NCBI GenBank assembly: GCA_963668175.1
Contig: OY764159.1
Span: forward strand, 1,376,001-1,440,000
DNA length: 64,000 bases
Source: Syntrophales bacterium
GTDB taxonomy: Bacteria > Desulfobacterota > Syntrophia > Syntrophales > PHBD01
Direction: 5' to 3'
Shown here: in pieces, positions 58,585 to 64,000 of the stretch
How positions within the stretch are numbered: position 1 is the first letter of the stretch
Layout of the letters: every line of letters begins with the position of its first letter
Notes under the pieces: generated by a model
Database searches by the model: none
What the model saw: only the letters and a program-made list of their open reading frames with translations
Told to the model about the DNA's origin: nothing
Program-made: the position numbers and the translations under genes

Positions 58585-58959
58585 TCATTCACGGCTGAAT
58601 TTATTTTCCACTTTTTCGACGCAGCCGACAATGCCTTTTTCATATAATTTGCCGGCCGTTTCAAAGAGGATATACCGGGTCGACAGGACCGGTATCCCGA
58701 GTTCTTCGGCAAGCGTAACTGTTTCCGGGGTGGGTCTTTTTCCCCGGACCATCACGATCGCGGCAATATCCAAGACATCGGACGTCCTGATGACCTGGGG
58801 ATTGGTCAATCCGGTCAAAAGGAGGCTGCCCGCCTTGGCGAAGGCCAGGACGTCGCTCATCAGGTCGGCGCCGAAGGCTGTCTTGATTTCCTTGTCCAGT
58901 TGTTCGGAACCGACGATGACCTCTGCATCGAGTATCTCTTTGATTTCGCGAAGTGTCAC
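58585..58959 (-). CDS. DRTGG-domain protein
   Basis: GADLMSDVLAF, LLTGLTNPQVIRT, VRGKRP. Confidence 0.85.
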   Translation of the reverse strand: MTLREIKEILDAEVIVGSEQLDKEIKTAFGADLMSDVLAFAKAGSLLLTGLTNPQVIRTSDVLDIAAIVMVRGKRPTPETVTLAEELGIPVLSTRYILFETAGKLYEKGIVGCVEKVENKFSRE

Positions 58960-59245
58960 GCTAATTCTCCTGGGCCGCCTTCTGTACGGGGATATAAGCC
59001 GCTGGCTGCGAATAACTCTATCAATTTATAGGCTATATGTCCAACTGAACCTCGCGGAAGCTACCATATAGGCTGGGGGATGTCAACACATTTGAAGGGC
59101 TTGTTTTCAGAGGCCGGGGCGTCATTCCGGCCCTTCCCTGCAACGGTTCATAAAAAATATCCAGGGATGATTTTCCCGGACGGACGACCGGCAGCGACGG
59201 GCCTTTCAGACCTTTCTCCGGACGGATGCGGGGTGATGGAGACAG

Positions 59246-59285
59246 TTTTACGGCGTCGCACACGGCGCCGTAAAAAGTTTTTTTT
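59246..59285 (+). terminator. Terminator-like hairpin upstream of xerD
   Basis: TTTTACGGCGTCG-CACA-CGGCGCCGTAAAA followed closely by T8. Confidence 0.5.
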
Positions 59286-59318
59286 GCGCAACCGGAGAAA
59301 TTGCGTTAGAAAAAAAGA

Positions 59319-60206
59319 ATGAATCTCCTCATAGACGAATATCTCAACTTCCTGGCCGTCGAAAAAGGGGTCTCTCACAACACGACAGAAGCCTACGGCC
59401 GGGACCTGGCCCGCCACCTTGCCTTTATCGAGTCTTGCGGAATCGGAGCCGTCCGTGATATCTCCTCCGACCATATCGTCGACTATATGTCGGGACTGCG
59501 CGAAGACGGCCTTTCGGTAAGATCGGTTAACAGGAACCTTGCGGCCGTCAGGGGGTTTTATAAATTTCTTCTGAAGGAGAACGTGATCGAGAAGAGCCCG
59601 GCGGCCCAGATCGCTATGGCCAAGACCTGGCTCAGGCTTCCGGACTGTCTGTCCCGCGGTGAGATGGACCTCCTGCTTTCACAACCCGGTGAAGATACGG
59701 CCGCGGGCGTCAGGGACAAAGCCATGCTGGATTTGCTTTATGCAACGGGTATCCGGGTGACGGAGCTTGTGTCCCTGTCCATGGGCAGCATCAATTGGCA
59801 GGTGGGATTTCTGATCGTGCTGGGGAAGGGAGGCAAGGAGAGGGTCGTGCCGGTCGGCAGGACGGCGTACCGCTCCGTAAGTCGTTACGTGGAAGCGGCC
59901 CGGCCGTCTTTTCTGAAAGGGAAAACGGTCGATACCCTTTTCCTGAACCGCTCCGGAGAAGCCTTCACGCGTCAGGGATTCTGGAAGATCGTCAAGAAAT
60001 ACGCCGGGAAGGCTGGTCTCAAAAAGAAGGTGTATCCCCACACCTTCCGGCATTCGTTCGCTTCGCACATGCTGGAGGGGGGGGCGGATCTCCGGTCCGT
60101 ACAGACGATGCTGGGCCATGTCGATATCGCGACGACCCAGATCTATACCCATGTAACGAGGGAACGTCTGAAAGACGTCCACCGAAGGTACCATCCCCGG
60201 GGCTGA
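59319..60206 (+). CDS. xerD: Site-specific tyrosine recombinase XerD
   Basis: LYATGIRVTEL, GKGGKER, TRQGFWK, HTFRHSFASH, QTMLGH, TTQIYTHV, HPRG. Confidence 0.93.
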   Translation: MNLLIDEYLNFLAVEKGVSHNTTEAYGRDLARHLAFIESCGIGAVRDISSDHIVDYMSGLREDGLSVRSVNRNLAAVRGFYKFLLKENVIEKSPAAQIAMAKTWLRLPDCLSRGEMDLLLSQPGEDTAAGVRDKAMLDLLYATGIRVTELVSLSMGSINWQVGFLIVLGKGGKERVVPVGRTAYRSVSRYVEAARPSFLKGKTVDTLFLNRSGEAFTRQGFWKIVKKYAGKAGLKKKVYPHTFRHSFASHMLEGGADLRSVQTMLGHVDIATTQIYTHVTRERLKDVHRRYHPRG

Positions 60207-60288
60207 TGGGTACGGGAGAGGGCCATAGGCATAAAAAGGGCCTGCCGGCGTTGAAGGCAGATATGGAAGGGAGGGGAGGAAGCGGCCG

Positions 60289-62340
60289 ATGTTGAACCGT
60301 CTGAAAAAGATTTCGGCCAAGCCGGGTCATCTGATCATAGGTATTTTTCTGGCCGCAAGCGTAGCGATTGTGGCGGGCACGTTCATCGTGGGCAGTTTCA
60401 TGACGGAGAAGCCGGGAGCAGTGCCGACAGCCTTTTTCCGGGTCAGGAATTACATCACCTTCGCCGTCCTCGGCGATAAACCGCATTTCTACTATCTGGA
60501 AGGAGAAAAGAACGGCAAGGAGATCAAGCTCACCGACAAGGACCGTTTCGAGGTAACCTATCGGGACGAGTTCGTGTTCAAAGGGGTTGCGACGGACGAT
60601 CTCTTCGGAGGCAAAACAACGGTCGACGTGGAGGAGACGGGGGCGGGGAACGACCTTGGACGGCTCCTTAAAGGCGTTGAACTCGTCGACAAAACGGCTC
60701 TCGCCCCGGCCGAAAAGCCCGTCCGGATCCTCGTCCGATACAATGAGACGGTGATCGCCGCCATTCCCGTTGTTGTTACCGTCTCGGCCCAGGATTGGCT
60801 GCGTTACGCCCGCGCAACGGAGGACAATGCGGCGAAGATCCGGTATCTGCAGAAGGCCATCGCCCTTAATAAAGAAGACATCCCGGTTCGCAGGATGCTT
60901 GTCGCTTCTTACGAAAAAGCCGGAATGAAGGAAGCGGCCGCCGCCCAGCTTGCGGAGATCCAGGCCATGGAGGGCAAGGCGCCCGTGGCGGATGGAAAAC
61001 CGGCGGTTACGCCCGCTATGCCGGGCGGCGCAGCCGAAGCCCCGCGTCCCGGAGGTGCAGCTTCCGGAAGTTCCCCGTACGTTCAAAGCGGCCTGGCTTG
61101 CAGCAAGAAGGGGGACTGGAATTGCGCGATCGCCAATTACCAGGAGGCGTTGCAACAAGAACCCAACAACGGGCAGGTCCGGTACAAGCTGGGTGAGGCT
61201 TTTGAGAAATCCGGCCGGACCGGTGAAGCGGTGCGGCAGTACGAACTCGTCCTGGCCGGAAGCCCCAAGGCCGATTATGCCATGCTGGCGCTTGCCGACG
61301 TCAGTCTGAAATCAGGCCAGTATGACGGGGCGATCAAGTGGTACGGCGAACTCGTCAAACTGCGTCCCCGGGAGGCGTCCCTGTATGGGAACCTGGGCCT
61401 CGCCTACGGCGGCAAGGGTATGGGCAAGGAGGAGATCGCCCAGTACCGTAAAGCGCTTGCCCTGAACCCCAAAAATACGGTCGTCCTTTTCAATCTCGCC
61501 GCCGCTTACGAAAAGGGCAAGAACGACCGCGAGGCCGCCAAGACCTATGCCCAAGTCCTCAAGATAAAACCCAATGATAACGACGCACAGGCGAGGCTTG
61601 CCGGACTCGCCTTCAAGAACGGCAATTATACGGAGGCCATTGCGCGCTACGAAAAGGCCATCAAGAATATGAACGGCAAGGCCGCGGCCTATGCGAATCT
61701 GGGATTTGCCTACGGCGAGAAGAAGAACTTCAAAAAGGCGGTTGAAAACTACGAAAAAGCCATCAAAAGCGGCAACAAGGATCCCCAGGTAAGGACCAAT
61801 CTGGCGTCCGCCAAAAACGAACTCTCCGGCCGGAAGGCCGTCGTCGAAGAGAGAACTGCGGCCGCGGAGAAAGCCCCCGTCGCGGAAAAGTCCCCTGCCG
61901 CGGAGAAAGTTTCCGCGCCTGCAAAAACGGCCGTCCCCGCCGGCAAGGCCCCAAACCGCCGGATCGAACGCTACATGAAGGCGAAAAAGTATGATCTGGC
62001 TATCGCGGACTATAAGGCCCTCATCCGCAAGAGCCCAAAGAATGCTTCGTATTACGAAGGGTTGGGCGACGTATACGGCCTGAAAGGGGATACGAACCGC
62101 CAGATCGAATCCTACCAGCGGTCGCTTAAGCTGGGCAAGGCCAGCGACGGCGTCTATACCCGACTTGGTCAAGCTTATGAAAAAAAGGGAAGATTGAAAG
62201 AAGCCCTGGCCGCCTACAGCAAGGCTTACGAGCTGAACCCCGATTCCGCCGCGGCTGGCCGCCGCATACCCCAGTTGAAGATCAAAATGCTGCAGGAGAA
62301 GCATCGGGGCGAAGGCGAAAAAGAGGACGACGAATCCTGA
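60289..62340 (+). CDS. Membrane-anchored tetratricopeptide-repeat protein
   Basis: N-terminal TM, many TPR units (e.g. AIANYQEALQQEPNN), and AEK-rich linkers. Confidence 0.85.
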   Translation: MLNRLKKISAKPGHLIIGIFLAASVAIVAGTFIVGSFMTEKPGAVPTAFFRVRNYITFAVLGDKPHFYYLEGEKNGKEIKLTDKDRFEVTYRDEFVFKGVATDDLFGGKTTVDVEETGAGNDLGRLLKGVELVDKTALAPAEKPVRILVRYNETVIAAIPVVVTVSAQDWLRYARATEDNAAKIRYLQKAIALNKEDIPVRRMLVASYEKAGMKEAAAAQLAEIQAMEGKAPVADGKPAVTPAMPGGAAEAPRPGGAASGSSPYVQSGLACSKKGDWNCAIANYQEALQQEPNNGQVRYKLGEAFEKSGRTGEAVRQYELVLAGSPKADYAMLALADVSLKSGQYDGAIKWYGELVKLRPREASLYGNLGLAYGGKGMGKEEIAQYRKALALNPKNTVVLFNLAAAYEKGKNDREAAKTYAQVLKIKPNDNDAQARLAGLAFKNGNYTEAIARYEKAIKNMNGKAAAYANLGFAYGEKKNFKKAVENYEKAIKSGNKDPQVRTNLASAKNELSGRKAVVEERTAAAEKAPVAEKSPAAEKVSAPAKTAVPAGKAPNRRIERYMKAKKYDLAIADYKALIRKSPKNASYYEGLGDVYGLKGDTNRQIESYQRSLKLGKASDGVYTRLGQAYEKKGRLKEALAAYSKAYELNPDSAAAGRRIPQLKIKMLQEKHRGEGEKEDDES

Positions 62341-62380
62341 GCAGGGTCCGGATAAAGGGTCCGGCAGGGAAAGGAGAGAA

Positions 62381-63217
62381 ATGAGAGATATCCGCATCAA
62401 CAACATCGTCATGGGGGGGGCGGCGCCGCTCGTGCTCATTGCCGGCCCGTGCGTCATCGAATCGGAGGAGAAGACGCGGGACATCGCCGTTTACATGAAG
62501 GACCTGGCCGCGAGGCTCGATATGCCCCTGGTGTTCAAGGCCTCGTACGATAAGGCGAACAGGACCTCCCGGGACGGTTACCGCGGCCCCGGCCTCGCGG
62601 AAGGGCTCAGGATACTGAAGGCGATCAGGTCCGATTACGGGATACCCGTTCTTTCCGACGTCCATCGCTTTGCCGAGATCGATGCGGCCGCCGAGGTCCT
62701 CGACGTGGTCCAGGTTCCGGCCTTCCTCTGCCGCCAGACGGACTTTGTGATGGAGGTTGCCCGCCGGGCGCGGGTTGTCAATATCAAGAAAGGGCAGTTT
62801 CTCGCCCCGTGGGACGTGGCCAACGTCGTCGCCAAGGTGGAAGCGGCGGGACAGAAGAATATCATCCTCACGGAGCGGGGCGTCAGTTTCGGCTACAACA
62901 ACCTCGTGGCCGATTTCCGTTCCCTCCCGATCATGAGGGATATGGGGTATCCCGTCGTCTTCGACGCCACCCACAGCGTCCAGCTGCCGGGCGGTGCGGG
63001 AACCGCGTCGGGAGGACAGCGGCTGATGGTTCCCTATCTGTCGCGGGCCGCGGCCGCCGTCGGCGTCGACGGGCTCTTCCTGGAGGTCCATCCCGACCCC
63101 GATTGCGCTCTGTGCGACGGGCCCAACTCGGTACGCCTCGACGAACTGGAGGGACTTCTGGAAATCATTAAAGAAATCGACGTGATAGCAAAGAGACAGC
63201 TGTCCGGGACCGTTTAA
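62381..63217 (+). CDS. kdsA: KDO 8-phosphate synthase
   Basis: IAGPCVIES, KASYDKANRTS, PAFLCRQTD, KKGQF, DATHSVQ. Confidence 0.97.
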   Translation: MRDIRINNIVMGGAAPLVLIAGPCVIESEEKTRDIAVYMKDLAARLDMPLVFKASYDKANRTSRDGYRGPGLAEGLRILKAIRSDYGIPVLSDVHRFAEIDAAAEVLDVVQVPAFLCRQTDFVMEVARRARVVNIKKGQFLAPWDVANVVAKVEAAGQKNIILTERGVSFGYNNLVADFRSLPIMRDMGYPVVFDATHSVQLPGGAGTASGGQRLMVPYLSRAAAAVGVDGLFLEVHPDPDCALCDGPNSVRLDELEGLLEIIKEIDVIAKRQLSGTV

Positions 63218-63230
63218 GGGAAGGAATATT

Positions 63231-63773
63231 ATGGGTCGACCAATGGAAGCCGAAGCAATAGAGCGCTTGAAAGGTATCCGTCTTCTCATTCTCGACGTGG
63301 ACGGCGTTATGACCGACGGACGGATCATCGTGGACGATAACGGCTGCGAGTCGAAGCATTTCAATGTGAGGGACGGGCACGGCCTCAAGGTATTGATGAG
63401 GTACGATATCGATGTCGTTCTGCTCACCGGCCGGACGTCTTCCGTCGTGGTGCACCGGGCGGACGATCTTGGCATCAAGGAGGTCCATCAGGGCATCTGG
63501 AACAAGGTCGAGGCCTTTGAAGGCATCATCGCCCGGCGCGGCCTGCGCCCTGAGCAGGCGGCCTACGTCGGCGACGATATCGTGGATATCCCGCTCCTGA
63601 AGCGGGTGGGGTTTGCGGCTTCCGTGGCCGACGGCTGCGAGGAGGCAAGACGGAGCGTCCATTACGTCGCGGAAAAAGGCGGCGGCCGGGGTGCCGTCCG
63701 GGAGATCTGCGAACTGATCCTGAAGGCCCAGGGGAAATGGCCGGATGTCGCGGCAAGGTACGAGTTCGCCTGA
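63231..63773 (+). CDS. kdsC: KDO 8-phosphate phosphatase (HAD)
   Basis: DVDGVMTDG, FNVRDGHG, GDDIVD, GGRGAVRE. Confidence 0.95.
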   Translation: MGRPMEAEAIERLKGIRLLILDVDGVMTDGRIIVDDNGCESKHFNVRDGHGLKVLMRYDIDVVLLTGRTSSVVVHRADDLGIKEVHQGIWNKVEAFEGIIARRGLRPEQAAYVGDDIVDIPLLKRVGFAASVADGCEEARRSVHYVAEKGGGRGAVREICELILKAQGKWPDVAARYEFA

Positions 63774-63807
63774 GCCGTTGCGCCTTCCCGGGTGGGGCAG
63801 GTTTGAC

Positions 63808-63836
63808 TTTACAGATTGCAAAGCGGATGGTATAAA
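63808..63836 (+). promoter_or_regulatory. Putative sigma-70 promoter
   Basis: TTTACA-N17-TATAAA with an extended -10 TG. Confidence 0.5.
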
Positions 63837-63921
63837 AGGGCCATAAGTTTATTCAGATTCCGCGATTTTGACCGTAAATGCGGTTCGTTGCGGGGGTCGC
63901 ACCTTTTACAGGCCGCAAGCC

Positions 63922-64000
63922 ATGACGTTAGACAGGAAAAAGGGATTCGTGATCGCTGCGGCTGTCTTGGCCGTGCTCTCGACGGCTGTGATCCTTTACA
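63922..64000 (+). CDS. 5' end of a membrane-anchored protein, probably LptC by synteny (partial)
   Basis: MTLDRKKGFVIAAAVLAVLSTAVILY is a TM anchor directly after kdsA-kdsC. Identity is inferred from position only. Confidence 0.45.
   Translation, partial: MTLDRKKGFVIAAAVLAVLSTAVILY

Noticed and set aside
59319..60206. Tyrosine recombinase as a phage or island integrase
   Set aside because: It has XerD-specific motifs (TRQGFWK, HPRG end) and a housekeeping context, with no att sites or mobile genes seen.
61858..61915. 18-nt periodic repeat as a CRISPR array or VNTR
   Set aside because: It is a degenerate coding repeat (AAEKAP/VAEKSP/AAEKVS) in a TPR protein linker, without spacers.

Overview
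GC-rich chromosomal window from an anaerobic Gram-negative bacterium. Gene content suggests Desulfobacterota, possibly a Syntrophales-like syntroph (inference). Energy metabolism dominates: the 5' part of a Tat-exported [NiFe]-hydrogenase small subunit, a short ModE-type regulator, a selenocysteine formate dehydrogenase (fdnGHI), thiol redoxins, System II cytochrome c biogenesis, and an NrfD/NrfC/multiheme cytochrome operon. The window also holds an arn (L-Ara4N) operon, an uncharacterised GT4/methyltransferase/B12-radical-SAM cluster, nrdDG with NrdR boxes, cstA-btsRS, a cytoplasmic HydABCSL-like [NiFe]-hydrogenase with a DRTGG/PHP/kinase cassette, xerD and kdsA/kdsC. The top observation is that the two cytochrome ORFs at 14629-16950 are in frame, separated only by a TGA that is followed by a SECIS-like hairpin. 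This predicts one 773-aa selenoprotein with 23 CxxCH motifs, coupled to an NrfCD quinol module that has no molybdoenzyme subunit. Also notable are a RAPP-terminated, arrest-peptide-like ORF upstream of the hydrogenase, shared ModE-like boxes upstream of the hydrogenase and FDH, and a HydB fused to a GltD/NfnB-like domain. No CRISPR array, rRNA, tRNA or mobile element was recognised.
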